64,000 nucleotides of DNA from a virus. Its lineage: Duplodnaviria > Caudoviricetes. Positions 28,519-38,746 of this stretch are shown in pieces. The stretch lies in IMG/VR virus record IMGVR_UViG_3300025120_010521. The stretch is one strand, 5' to 3'. The position numbers were made by a program, and so were the translations under genes. The notes under the pieces are model-generated. The model saw only the letters and a list, made by a program, of their open reading frames with translations, had not been told where the DNA came from and made no database searches. How positions within the stretch are numbered: position 1 is the stretch's first letter; each line of letters opens with the position of its first letter.

Positions 28519-29834
28519 TATATTTTTTCTCCCTGTTCAAAACCTCTAAATCTTAAAAATCTAGGAAATCTTAAACTCCATTCATTTTCTGCGTCTTGGT
28601 TTTTAGTAATAGCATCAGCTCTAACTTCTACTATCTGACCAACTAGTTTTTCTTTACCAGCCCAAAACTCGTCTCTGTTATCATCAGTTAGTCCACTACC
28701 AACGTTAACTTTGATAAACTTATCATCATCAGTACCTTCACAAATAAGAGCACCTAGTTTACCTTCGTTTCTACCTGTGCCTTCTTCTGTTGCTACTACT
28801 TCTAATGAAACTTCAATAAAAGGTTTTGCTTTTAACATATAATGACTTCGCTTACACTCATATGGTGCATTTCTATCTTTGATCATTATACCTTCAAAAC
28901 CTTTTTCAATAGCCATTGTGTTGTAATCTTTAAAAATCTTTTGTCCTTGTTCAGTATCAAAATTACATTCTACTTTTTCTACTGGAAAAATGTTACTGTA
29001 CAGTGGATTTAGATCTAAAAATAATGCTTCAAGTTGTTTGTGTCTATCCCAACATCCTAGTTCTGACGTTCCTGCTTTGAATTCTTTTAATGTTAGCACA
29101 TCAAATACGGCAAACTTGGCGTCTGTTGCTTCTACATTGTCTTTTCTATGCACTTGTTTCATCAATGCTTGAAAAGAACTTGATACCATTTCGCCATCTA
29201 ATACCATTGACTCTGTAAATTTATCTGAAAATGCATCTACTATTTCTGTTTCAATATGACTAAAATTAATAAACTGCTTACCATTACGTGAATACATAGT
29301 AACTGACTTTGATTCAACATCATATATAGCAAGTACTCTCACACCATCTAATTTGTAATCTAATAGTTTTTCACCTACTAGTTTCTTTTCATGATTGGCA
29401 CTATCATGTGCCAGCATACATTTAAAAACAGGTATAGTGTAATCTTTGTTTACTTTTTTAACCACATTGTTGATTGTCTTTTCACTTACACCACAACGTA
29501 GGTCTTTAATAAGAATACGTCTATACCAACTGTTCCAATTAGATTCAGTTGATTGATCCATTGCTTCAGCAACAGCATCTCTGGCCGCATGACCTGTAAG
29601 TTCACGTTTCATTAATTGATCAGCAAGATCACAAAATTGATTCCAACTAAATCCATTACCATTGGAATTTGTTTTTTCAGGAACTTGTTTAACACCAAAT
29701 GAAACTAATGGATCAAGTGCAAGTTGACAGCCTTGAAAAAACTCAATGTTGTTTGCTTTTGCTTCTCGTTTAATTACATCTTCTTTAAACAATCTTGAAT
29801 TATTAGATTCTAATTCTTGTATTATGCTGTACAT
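28518..29834 (-). CDS. lig: ATP-dependent DNA ligase
   Basis: DYKLDGVR (motif I), LDGEM, EGIMIK, LKAKPF, VGSG, LRFPRFLRFR. Confidence 0.95.
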   Translation of the reverse strand: MYSIIQELESNNSRLFKEDVIKREAKANNIEFFQGCQLALDPLVSFGVKQVPEKTNSNGNGFSWNQFCDLADQLMKRELTGHAARDAVAEAMDQSTESNWNSWYRRILIKDLRCGVSEKTINNVVKKVNKDYTIPVFKCMLAHDSANHEKKLVGEKLLDYKLDGVRVLAIYDVESKSVTMYSRNGKQFINFSHIETEIVDAFSDKFTESMVLDGEMVSSSFQALMKQVHRKDNVEATDAKFAVFDVLTLKEFKAGTSELGCWDRHKQLEALFLDLNPLYSNIFPVEKVECNFDTEQGQKIFKDYNTMAIEKGFEGIMIKDRNAPYECKRSHYMLKAKPFIEVSLEVVATEEGTGRNEGKLGALICEGTDDDKFIKVNVGSGLTDDNRDEFWAGKEKLVGQIVEVRADAITKNQDAENEWSLRFPRFLRFRGFEQGEKI

Positions 29835-30040
29835 ATTTTTTCTGCTACCTCTCTGCTGTGTTTACATTTACCGTGGTGTGCAAATCCTATGCACGAACAC
29901 ACAAACCCTTGCTCAGTCATTTCAACACCGTATTTTTTTCCTGTCGATCCAATAACTGGCCACTCAACACCAACCATATGATTGTTTTTAAAATTAATTT
30001 CTTCTGGTGCGTAATATCTTAATTTAAATTTTCTCATCAT
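29822..30040 (-). CDS. SWIM zinc-finger protein
   Basis: CSCIGFAHHGKCKH (CxC...CxH). Confidence 0.75.
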   Translation of the reverse strand: MMRKFKLRYYAPEEINFKNNHMVGVEWPVIGSTGKKYGVEMTEQGFVCSCIGFAHHGKCKHSREVAEKICTA

Positions 30041-30281
30041 CTCTCAGTGGTGTCATAAAATTTGGACACCCATCATCTGTGCAATATTCTGGATTTGGTT
30101 CACACATTGCATCAGTGTGAAATTGTACTCCAGGTAAAGTTACGTTTATAGAATTAAATTTGTTTTCTTCTATTACACATTCTTCCATTGTATCATATGA
30201 CGTAGTAAAAGAAAACTCTTTTGGCTCCATCGAATCAGTTGGAATAATTGTAAACCAAATTGTTAATAACCATTCTCCCAT
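30024..30281 (-). CDS. Hypothetical protein
   Basis: ORF track. Confidence 0.5.
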   Translation of the reverse strand: MGEWLLTIWFTIIPTDSMEPKEFSFTTSYDTMEECVIEENKFNSINVTLPGVQFHTDAMCEPNPEYCTDDGCPNFMTPLRDDEKI

Positions 30282-30529
30282 TATAGTTTATCTCCTGTAA
30301 TATCAAATGCCCATTGATCCCATGGTTCAGTTTCAGTTGCTTTTAAGCAAGACTTAACAACTTTATAACCTGTGAATGTTTGTAATGATTCTACAATTGT
30401 TTGTGCTGTAATTTGATTAACATAGTCACACCACATAGTACCGTTTGAAAACCAAGGGTCAATTTTTTCTTGATGTTCGACTGCAACTTCATACTTTACG
30501 TGATCCATTGCCATTTTTTCAAAAGCCAT
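30281..30529 (-). CDS. Hypothetical protein
   Basis: ORF track; TAATG coupling. Confidence 0.55.
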   Translation of the reverse strand: MAFEKMAMDHVKYEVAVEHQEKIDPWFSNGTMWCDYVNQITAQTIVESLQTFTGYKVVKSCLKATETEPWDQWAFDITGDKL

Positions 30530-31245
30530 TATTTGTCTCCTATTCTTAAAACTTTAATTCTGTTAACAATAGTTTCTTTACCACCATTGTATTTGTTAAT
30601 TTGATGATCTTTAACATACGCACTAATTTGTAAATTAGCACCAACAACAATTCCATCATCCTCTGGATTTGACGGTGTAAAATGTTTTAGAATGTTACTA
30701 CCTTTCATAAAACTTACAATGTATAATCCTTTATGAGGTAACGGTTTTACCATTTCAACTACAACATCAAATATATTACGTTTTTTAACATCGCCTACAA
30801 AAGAACTTTTAGAAGCTAATTGTTCTTCTTTTAACTTTCTAGCTTCTTTGTCAAGAGTTGTTGTATAAGTATGTGGTAATGAAGCTAGTATTCCTATATC
30901 TCTTGCTTTAATAGTATCATGTGCAACACATGAAAGAACTGCTTCTTGGAAATTATTTTGCTGATCACCTAATCTAAAAAGAAGTAACCCTTGGTAGTGT
31001 TCAATTATATCATTAGCAACTGTTAAATCTTTTTTAGTGTATTTTGGAGAAGGTTTTGCAAGTTCTTCAAGAACAAGAGATTTATTAGATTTACGTTCAT
31101 TATATCCAGACTCAATAGTCTTAACATAACCTTTTTTACGATAGATCGAGTTAGAAACTGCTAGTGCTATCTTTGTATCAAATCTAGATTCAACCTTACT
31201 CATTAATAATCTCCCATGTAACTCTTTTTGATCCCAAATTAGCAA
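30529..31245 (-). CDS. Hypothetical protein, possible C-terminal OB fold (start probably MSKVE, 31203)
   Basis: ORF track. Confidence 0.55.
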   Translation of the reverse strand: MLIWDQKELHGRLLMSKVESRFDTKIALAVSNSIYRKKGYVKTIESGYNERKSNKSLVLEELAKPSPKYTKKDLTVANDIIEHYQGLLLFRLGDQQNNFQEAVLSCVAHDTIKARDIGILASLPHTYTTTLDKEARKLKEEQLASKSSFVGDVKKRNIFDVVVEMVKPLPHKGLYIVSFMKGSNILKHFTPSNPEDDGIVVGANLQISAYVKDHQINKYNGGKETIVNRIKVLRIGDK

Positions 31246-31381
31246 GTATTGGTTTAAGATCTTCTACTGTATAAAGATCACTAAATGATTCTGGGTCTAG
31301 TATATTAACTAGCTTAACTGCTTTGTATAGCTTTGTGCTTTTTTGTGCTGACACATTTTTAAATATTACTTTTGACGACAT
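31196..31381 (-). CDS. Hypothetical protein
   Basis: SD AAGGAG; upstream TTGACA-16-TATATT promoter. Confidence 0.65.
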   Translation of the reverse strand: MSSKVIFKNVSAQKSTKLYKAVKLVNILDPESFSDLYTVEDLKPILANLGSKRVTWEIINE

Positions 31382-31554
31382 TTGCGTACTCCTTGTTTCT
31401 GTTATTATATTAAATATAACATAGAATACTGATCTGTCAACCAGAAAAATAGATAAAAAAATGTAGTAAAATCAATGGTTTAGGAGGGCGTTAAGAACTA
31501 AATCTGCCTTTTTCTGCTACTATTATTTAAATGAGTAGTTAATAATATAAAGTA

Positions 31555-32790
31555 CTAGGTTAATATACTATTAACTAGTTTTTTTAACGTACTATGATTA
31601 TCCTTATATGGTTCAAAATACTTAACTTTTTCATATAATTCGTTATTTTGTATTTCATAGCTATTTGTTATCCATCCAGTTACTATATCTTTTTCTGGAA
31701 TTTCTGGGTGATAGTACGATCTATTATTTCTTACTTGATCACCAATATCTGTATAACTGTTAATGCATTCGGAAAAGAACTTATCTTTTGCAAAAGATTC
31801 TTGCATTTGATCTATTTTATCAAGATTAATCATAAAGCATTGCCTTGCTAGTTCTTTTCCATTATTTGACCACCCACTAATAATACTATTTGTTTGTAAA
31901 TCTTTAATATAGTTTGATATGTTTTGATTATGCCATACAAATCCTCCAAAAAATACTAGGCACTTCTTAAATCCTTTTTGTTTTAGATTATTTAAAAATT
32001 TTAGATTGTTTTTAAATGGGTGTGTTGTGACAGCAATATTTTTAAAATCATGTTGTAATAAATTTTGCAATGTCATTATCATTGCCCAATCTGTTTGTTT
32101 TTTCATTAACATATCTTTGTTCCATACAGCAAAGCATACGTTGTTAGTTGAATCGTAGTTATAAATTGTTTTTGTTTTTTCGTATTCTAAATTAATTGTT
32201 AATCGTATAAGCAATGAATTTCTTTCAACTCCTAATGTTGGCTTATGCCAAGAATTATTATTAGATATCATTATGTATCCATTATTTGGAATAAAGTTTG
32301 TTTTGTATACTTGCTTATTATTTTTAGTAAAAGATGTTCCATATTCAGATAGAGAATTATCTGTTGGTAGATAAAGTTGAAGTGTTATTGTTGACAAACT
32401 ATCTTTTTGATCTGAGTGTGCATTATCTACTTGATGTGGATATTCTGTATGAAATGTAATATTAATTTTTGTATTTTTTAATACTTTATGATCATAGTTA
32501 AATTTATCTAATAAAGATTTTTTAAAACTATCATTATTAACATGTTGCCAAAGCTCTTCATAAAACAAATCTTGTTTTCTAATGTTTTCAAAAGTAACTA
32601 TAGATGGATCTTGTCCTTCTTTAGGATATTCACTACTAGCAAATTTTGTTTTAAATGTTTCAATATCGTTTGATATTTTATTATAATGATCTAACGTAAA
32701 AAGATTATTAAGATCATAAGCATCAACATGATCGTGTAATAGATCAAGTTGTTGTGCATCTTTTATTTTTTTATCAATATAGTCAAACAT
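31555..32790 (-). CDS. 2OG-Fe(II) oxygenase-like N-domain fused to an unknown C-domain
   Basis: AHSD (HxD), TLQLYLP, GTSF, SWH; start moved out of tRNA-Glu. Confidence 0.6.
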   Translation of the reverse strand: MFDYIDKKIKDAQQLDLLHDHVDAYDLNNLFTLDHYNKISNDIETFKTKFASSEYPKEGQDPSIVTFENIRKQDLFYEELWQHVNNDSFKKSLLDKFNYDHKVLKNTKINITFHTEYPHQVDNAHSDQKDSLSTITLQLYLPTDNSLSEYGTSFTKNNKQVYKTNFIPNNGYIMISNNNSWHKPTLGVERNSLLIRLTINLEYEKTKTIYNYDSTNNVCFAVWNKDMLMKKQTDWAMIMTLQNLLQHDFKNIAVTTHPFKNNLKFLNNLKQKGFKKCLVFFGGFVWHNQNISNYIKDLQTNSIISGWSNNGKELARQCFMINLDKIDQMQESFAKDKFFSECINSYTDIGDQVRNNRSYYHPEIPEKDIVTGWITNSYEIQNNELYEKVKYFEPYKDNHSTLKKLVNSILT

Positions 32791-32799
32791 TATTTCTTT

Positions 32800-32874
32800 T
32801 GGCATTCCCTAGGAGAGTCGAACTCCTCTTTCCTGGATGAAAACCAGGTGTCCTAACCGATAGACGAAGGGAAC
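32800..32874 (-). tRNA. tRNA-Glu(UUC)
   Basis: GTTCCCTTCGTCTATCGGTTAGGACA-CCTGG-TTTTCAT-CCAGG...GTTCGACTC...GGGAATGCCA. Confidence 0.96.
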
Positions 32875-32882
32875 ACATCCAT

Positions 32883-33104
32883 TTACTTAGATTGATATTT
32901 TAGATCAATCTTTGCTTGGCTATATGCATAATATATTGTACCTATTAGAAATATAAATCCAATAGCAACAATATGTCCCCATGCATCATTCTGCATTTGC
33001 GAACCTGCAAATTTGCCAATTTCAATACCTGCCCATGCAAATCCAAATACTGCAATTATAAACAGTAGTGCTTGGCCAAAATGTTTTAAAAAGTGTTTCA
33101 TCAT
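32883..33104 (-). CDS. Two-TM membrane protein
   Basis: Two hydrophobic segments; SD GAGG; upstream TTGACA-16-TATTAT. Confidence 0.7.
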   Translation of the reverse strand: MMKHFLKHFGQALLFIIAVFGFAWAGIEIGKFAGSQMQNDAWGHIVAIGFIFLIGTIYYAYSQAKIDLKYQSK

Positions 33105-33156
33105 AGTAACCTCTCTTTTTGTTAAGTTATTATATGTGTACTATAATAGCACGATA

Positions 33157-34368
33157 CTATATATTGTCAAGAACTTCTTTTAATACTGGTGCAACTTTTT
33201 CTAACGATTGATTTCTTGACTTATCTACTTCTACTGTATATTCTACAAATTTTTTATTATGATTAGTCCAATCTTCTGCCATCATATAATTTATAAGTCC
33301 TTCAACTTTGTCTTGTTTAATCCAAGGTTGTAATCGTTTTGCCGCTTCTTCTTTTAAGTTTTGTGGCAGTACTCTAACATTTAGATAATCAGGATGATCA
33401 AGTATGTTTAAATATGGAAAATAACCAAACTGCATTGTGTATTCAAATAATTCATTTAAATCTAGTACATTATATATTTGTACTGTAGAATGGACTTGTA
33501 CTCTCATTTTACCTTGTTTTTCCATTTCAGCGAATGCTGATAAATTTTTATGTACAGATTTCCAGTTAGTTGGATATCTAATGTATCTGTTTAATTGATC
33601 ATACCCGTCAATTGATGCATTTATTTTTATTTTTTTAAAATGTTTCCAGTATTCAATCATTTTTGGTGGAATATTAGTTAAATTTGTATTGTACTTTAGA
33701 ATAATATCTTTAGCTTTGTTTAGCTCAATACAGCGATCAAATAACTTATACTGCTCAAGTGCAAGTGTAGGTTCACCACCTGTAAGATATATTTCTTCTA
33801 CAGTATCAATAATAGGCATTAAATTTTCCCAAGTTTTTTCATTTGTTGGCCAATTCATATGTGCTAATCTATCACGTTCTTCTTGAGGAATATCAGTTCC
33901 GTCATATGATGTTTTTGTATTCCATTCTTCAACCCATTGGTTTGAAGCCCAAGGATTGCACATCCTACATTTTAAATTACATAAATTACCTAAACGTAGA
34001 TCAACATATACTCCTTTTACTGGTGCTGAACCATCTTCTTTAGTATTTTTTAATGCATCATTAATATGATCTTTATACGATTCATTATACCCTTGACGTG
34101 CTGACTTAATTCCTGTTGCTTCTTCTCTCCAACATCTTACACACATTTTTGGTTTTTTGCCATTTAATAAATCTAATCTTAATTTTTTATATACTTCTGT
34201 ATTCCAAATATCCTTTGGAGAATTTTTATAAATTTTATAAGGTGTTCCTGATTCATCAGTAATAAAGTTTTGTCCCGGTGTTGAATTGCAACACACTCTA
34301 TAGTTGCCACTTGAGTTCGTAGCAACATGCATCCACGGTAATATACAAAATGTATCAGACTGTTTCAT
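33157..34368 (-). CDS. Radical SAM protein with N-terminal Twitch/SPASM-like Cys motif
   Basis: FCILPW...RVCC; CNLKCRMC; LTGGEP. Confidence 0.9.
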   Translation of the reverse strand: MKQSDTFCILPWMHVATNSSGNYRVCCNSTPGQNFITDESGTPYKIYKNSPKDIWNTEVYKKLRLDLLNGKKPKMCVRCWREEATGIKSARQGYNESYKDHINDALKNTKEDGSAPVKGVYVDLRLGNLCNLKCRMCNPWASNQWVEEWNTKTSYDGTDIPQEERDRLAHMNWPTNEKTWENLMPIIDTVEEIYLTGGEPTLALEQYKLFDRCIELNKAKDIILKYNTNLTNIPPKMIEYWKHFKKIKINASIDGYDQLNRYIRYPTNWKSVHKNLSAFAEMEKQGKMRVQVHSTVQIYNVLDLNELFEYTMQFGYFPYLNILDHPDYLNVRVLPQNLKEEAAKRLQPWIKQDKVEGLINYMMAEDWTNHNKKFVEYTVEVDKSRNQSLEKVAPVLKEVLDNI

Positions 34369-35653
34369 AATTTCTCTTAAATAATTCTTTCAATTGCGGT
34401 ACTATTTGTTTAATATCAGTTTTTCTAATATTATCTAAATCTAATGTAAATTGAACAAACTCCTTTAAATACTTTTTCTTTTCTTCAGTACTATAGTAAT
34501 TATCATTTTTTAATCCACTAATAATATTTTTAAAGCCAATACTTCCTTGTGGTTTTTCATTATCATCATATTGCCACCAATCATCTAGTGGAAGTTGCTC
34601 ATTAACTAATAACTTTACTGCTTGTTGTTTAATTTTATTAGGTAGTACATGAAAACTAAGATATCTTGGATTAACAACAACATTTTTAAAATATATTTCA
34701 TTTGTTGGCTTACGTATTTTTAAATACCATTTCCAAATATTTGCAATATCAAATATGTTATATGCTTGAACTGTTACTGTGTAGATTATCATTGTATTTG
34801 CTAACATATTGAAATTTTTAATATTATCTTCTAACTGGTTAATTGTAAAATTATCTCCACCTCTTATATATTGGTATAATTCTCCTGTTCCTTCTATACT
34901 AATATGTAGTTTTACCATCTTAAAGTTTTTTGCAATTTTATATAATCTATCATTAAAGATTGTACCATTAGTGTTTATATCAAGTATAACATCTTTAGCA
35001 ATTCCCCATTTGATAAATTGTTCCATTATTTGATAATTTTGTTCTTCCATTAATGGCTCTCCGCCAGTTAATTTTAAGAATTGTAAATTTTTAAAATGTT
35101 CTTTTTTATCTAATAAATTTTTGATAATATCAAATTCTAATTTTTCATATTTGCCTATTTCTCTATCTGGCATCCATGATGGAAACTTTTCTTTTAACTG
35201 TATTTCATCTTTTATCCAAGTACTAGATATTAAACCTGAACACATTCTACATTTTAAATTACATTTGTTTGATGGATTAATTTCCAAATACCAAATATCC
35301 GGATCTGAGTTAGTTTTGTATGTTGCCTTTTGTATTTGTTCAGGCTCAAAATTACTATAAAAATATTGTCTTCTTGAGCTTCCACTTGTTTGTTCTTTTT
35401 TCAAACACTTTATACAAACTGGATTATCAAACTTACTGTTACTCCAGCTATCTCTTAATTTAACTGCTTTATCTAAATACCACATTTCTGATAAAGTATT
35501 TTCATAAAGATTACCATATGGCTCTGTTGCTACTGCATCTGCATAAACATTTCCTGTCCAGTCAATAGTAAGACTATGCCATGGTGCAAGACATTTTTTG
35601 TTAATTGTCTTGTGCCAATCCCAATCTCTATCAAAGTAATCTTTATTAATCAT
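34355..35653 (-). CDS. Radical SAM protein
   Basis: CLAPW; CNLKCRMC; LTGGEP; NTNGT. Confidence 0.9.
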   Translation of the reverse strand: MINKDYFDRDWDWHKTINKKCLAPWHSLTIDWTGNVYADAVATEPYGNLYENTLSEMWYLDKAVKLRDSWSNSKFDNPVCIKCLKKEQTSGSSRRQYFYSNFEPEQIQKATYKTNSDPDIWYLEINPSNKCNLKCRMCSGLISSTWIKDEIQLKEKFPSWMPDREIGKYEKLEFDIIKNLLDKKEHFKNLQFLKLTGGEPLMEEQNYQIMEQFIKWGIAKDVILDINTNGTIFNDRLYKIAKNFKMVKLHISIEGTGELYQYIRGGDNFTINQLEDNIKNFNMLANTMIIYTVTVQAYNIFDIANIWKWYLKIRKPTNEIYFKNVVVNPRYLSFHVLPNKIKQQAVKLLVNEQLPLDDWWQYDDNEKPQGSIGFKNIISGLKNDNYYSTEEKKKYLKEFVQFTLDLDNIRKTDIKQIVPQLKELFKRNYETV

Positions 35654-36735
35654 TAAAAATAATTTTCCTGGTTACCTTTACGTCTAACGTCAGATGTTAA
35701 ACAATGTACTCCGCCATCCCAAAAATATTGATGTCTGAATTTCCAATATATAGGAGTAACTCCATTTTTTTCTAACTGTGCAAATACTTCTTTATCTGTT
35801 CCTGTGCAAATAACTTTATCTTCTGATATGCTTAAAACATTTACATCAAATACTGTTTCATCTACGTATCCAATCCAATGAGATAACCAACGTTCAATAT
35901 AGTCTTTGTAAAATCTTTGTTTACGTGTTGTTTTAAAATCTTCTGGAAATTTTGTTCCAGACTGTGCAATAATGCAATCCCAAGATTTTAATTTTTCTGG
36001 TATCCAATCTTTTTTCCATGTTAATAGTAATCCAGGTTTGATTAATGCAATCTTACCATCTACATGTCCACCGACTGGTACTTCATTAAATGTAAATTCA
36101 GATAGCTGTTGTTTATACCAATTTAAACCCTGTTCTGTACCTTTTCCTTTTACAGGATCTTTTTGGTTAGACTGTGAATGAAATATATCTTTACCGCATT
36201 TAATTAAATTTGCAGAATGAAATAATACTTCTCCATTACGCCAATATTCGTGATATGTTTTTTGATTTAGTTGTGGCTGTGGCATAGATACCCATTCAGC
36301 CCCATACGTATTATATTCTTTTAATATATCTCTAGAACATAATGTTTCTAAAAATCTTGAATAATCTTTTGTATATGCTTCGATAATTTTATTTCCAAAA
36401 CACCCAATCAAATCTCTTGGCTGTAAAGGTTGATTTATATATTCTATTTCAAACCCGCCTACATTATATTTTTGCAAAGGATTGTGCAACGGTTTTGGTC
36501 GCTGTACGATAACACTTTCTTTTTTTAGTATATCAACAAGTACTTCTAAATCTTCTGCCGTTTCAGTTAATACTTTTTTTAATAAGTCTTTTGCTTCTTG
36601 ACTAAACTTATCACTATGATCAAACGTATCAGCATTATACGGTGTTCCGACTATTACTTCTTCTAGCTTTTGAAACTCTGAATATGTTTGTACTAAAGGT
36701 TTATCTGCAAAAAACTCGTCATAATTATTAACCAT
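35653..36735 (-). CDS. Amidinotransferase (glycine/inosamine amidinotransferase family)
   Basis: LEEVIVG, PRD, GHVDG, FWDGGVHCLT (catalytic Cys). Confidence 0.82.
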   Translation of the reverse strand: MVNNYDEFFADKPLVQTYSEFQKLEEVIVGTPYNADTFDHSDKFSQEAKDLLKKVLTETAEDLEVLVDILKKESVIVQRPKPLHNPLQKYNVGGFEIEYINQPLQPRDLIGCFGNKIIEAYTKDYSRFLETLCSRDILKEYNTYGAEWVSMPQPQLNQKTYHEYWRNGEVLFHSANLIKCGKDIFHSQSNQKDPVKGKGTEQGLNWYKQQLSEFTFNEVPVGGHVDGKIALIKPGLLLTWKKDWIPEKLKSWDCIIAQSGTKFPEDFKTTRKQRFYKDYIERWLSHWIGYVDETVFDVNVLSISEDKVICTGTDKEVFAQLEKNGVTPIYWKFRHQYFWDGGVHCLTSDVRRKGNQENYF

Positions 36736-37310
36736 TATTTTTCAAACTCCTTACTATCATAATTACTATCTCGGTATCTTCTTTTAACTATACCGTCATA
36801 ATATTTTTTATCCCATTTATCATAATACTTTGTATTTTGATGTACCCATTCTGATTTTTCATTTAAATCACTTAATACTTGTAATTGTATAATTGCTAAA
36901 CCTTTATTGCCAGAACCAATTCCAGCAACAGGACCTTTTTCTGTGCCTACTGACTTTTGCTTGTCTTCTGCTGTATAGGATGTATAGATATAAAGATCTT
37001 GCTTAACTGCTTTTTGTTGATTATCCGTTTCCCATTTTTCAAGTTGTTCTAATGAATAATCTTTTGGATCTGCAATTAGCATAACTAACTGTTTTCCTTT
37101 TGGATAGTTTAACATTTTAGCATCAGCTTGTTCAAATAAATCAGTTTTTGTCCAAACTACATCAATTTCGTCTCGTTTAAATCCCATCTTTGCAAATGGG
37201 CAAACAGCCATACCGTTAAGTTCTGGTCGCGACTTTGTTACATGATCTTTCATGTCTTGCCATTTTTTTTCTAATTTAGATTGTTCCGCCATCTGCAAGT
37301 TCTTTTTCAA
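36735..37310 (-). CDS. Hypothetical protein (DUF1415-like VCPFA motif)
   Basis: LNGMAVCPFA. Confidence 0.5.
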   Translation of the reverse strand: MKKNLQMAEQSKLEKKWQDMKDHVTKSRPELNGMAVCPFAKMGFKRDEIDVVWTKTDLFEQADAKMLNYPKGKQLVMLIADPKDYSLEQLEKWETDNQQKAVKQDLYIYTSYTAEDKQKSVGTEKGPVAGIGSGNKGLAIIQLQVLSDLNEKSEWVHQNTKYYDKWDKKYYDGIVKRRYRDSNYDSKEFEK

Positions 37311-38745
37311 GTTTTTTATCTATACTTTCACCTGCATCTGTTTGAACTAAAGTGTCTTTTGTTTCATCTAACAAATCAGCCATTTCAGGAAAAACTTCTG
37401 CAAAGTTTGTATTTCTTTGTTTATCAAATTTTATTATGTATTCTCTAAACTGAGGCATACGTTGTGACCAGTCTTCACTCATCATAAACTTAACCATACC
37501 TTGCAATCTTTTAATACCATAATTTGCATCAATAAATTTTTCTTTTGACGGTGCTCCCGACAACTGCCAATTTTCTTCTAGCCAAGGATAAAATTCCTCA
37601 TACTTTTGTTTTACTTTATCTTTAAACCATTGTGGAAATACTTTTACATTTAATTGTCCAGGCCAGTATACAAAATGATAATTGATCATGCCAGCACCAA
37701 AAGGCCATATGTTAATTTTTTTAAAGTTTTGTTTTAATTTCCATTTAATAAAATCTGGAACGTAATAAATGTTTAACGCCTGTACAGCACACGCCACAGT
37801 AACTTCAATGTTATCACCTGTATTATCTAACAAATGAAACTGTTTTACTGTATGATCCCATTTACTTGGGTACCTAATATAATCGTTCATTTCACCAATT
37901 GAATCTACTGAATAATGAAATATTACTTTTTTAAAATGACTCCATATTTCAAATAATCTTGGTGGCATTTCTAATCCATTTGAATTATATCTTATTTCAA
38001 TTTGTTTAGCATATCCGCGTTTAATAACTTCTTCTAATAGTGTATAGTGTTCTTCAATAATAGTTGACTCACCACCTGCAAAATATAATTGATACATGTG
38101 AGGTATTTGTTCATACAATTGATCCCAAAATTTTGGATTGTCTTTATGCCAGTTATATGTTGCACCGTCATTTTTTCCTTTATTATCCCAACCCATTGTT
38201 TGTTTTAAATCTTTATTTTCAATAGTAGGATAAACATCTAACCAATCCTTAATCCATAATGATGAATCATGTGGCGAACACATAATACATTTTAGATTAC
38301 ATTTAGATCCCATACGTAAATCCAAGTATCTAATTTTAGGAGGTATACCACCATCTTCTGCTGTTTCACCTATAATTTCATCAATAGAATAAATGCTTGT
38401 CCATTTGTCTGTTTCCCATTGACGTTTACTTAAATGTCCTGCCGCTTCTTCTTTGTAGCACTTTAAACATGATGCAGGCATTTCGCCATTAAGCATCTGC
38501 TTACGAACATTTTTCATATAGTCGTTGTTCCAGGCTTCCATTAAATTTGAATTGTTTAAATTAGCTGGTTTACCATTTTCAGTTTTTAATACACCTACTT
38601 GCCCACCATGTTTTTTATCGTTAGTTGCACCTACTGAACTTGCGTTAGCCGTACAGCATACTCGCATATTACCGTCTGGTCTTGTTGATAAATGCATCCA
38701 AGGTAAAGCACAAAATGTTTTTGATGGTAAATTTTTTTCACTCAT
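37276..38745 (-). CDS. Radical SAM protein with Twitch-like N-domain
   Basis: FCALPW...RVCC; CNLKCIMC; FAGGE. Confidence 0.9.
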   Translation of the reverse strand: MSEKNLPSKTFCALPWMHLSTRPDGNMRVCCTANASSVGATNDKKHGGQVGVLKTENGKPANLNNSNLMEAWNNDYMKNVRKQMLNGEMPASCLKCYKEEAAGHLSKRQWETDKWTSIYSIDEIIGETAEDGGIPPKIRYLDLRMGSKCNLKCIMCSPHDSSLWIKDWLDVYPTIENKDLKQTMGWDNKGKNDGATYNWHKDNPKFWDQLYEQIPHMYQLYFAGGESTIIEEHYTLLEEVIKRGYAKQIEIRYNSNGLEMPPRLFEIWSHFKKVIFHYSVDSIGEMNDYIRYPSKWDHTVKQFHLLDNTGDNIEVTVACAVQALNIYYVPDFIKWKLKQNFKKINIWPFGAGMINYHFVYWPGQLNVKVFPQWFKDKVKQKYEEFYPWLEENWQLSGAPSKEKFIDANYGIKRLQGMVKFMMSEDWSQRMPQFREYIIKFDKQRNTNFAEVFPEMADLLDETKDTLVQTDAGESIDKKLEKELADGGTI

Positions 38746-38746
38746 T

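Noticed and set aside
32791-32805. ATG start inside the tRNA-Glu acceptor stem
   Set aside because: A downstream ATG at 32790 avoids the overlap, and nothing supports the longer start.
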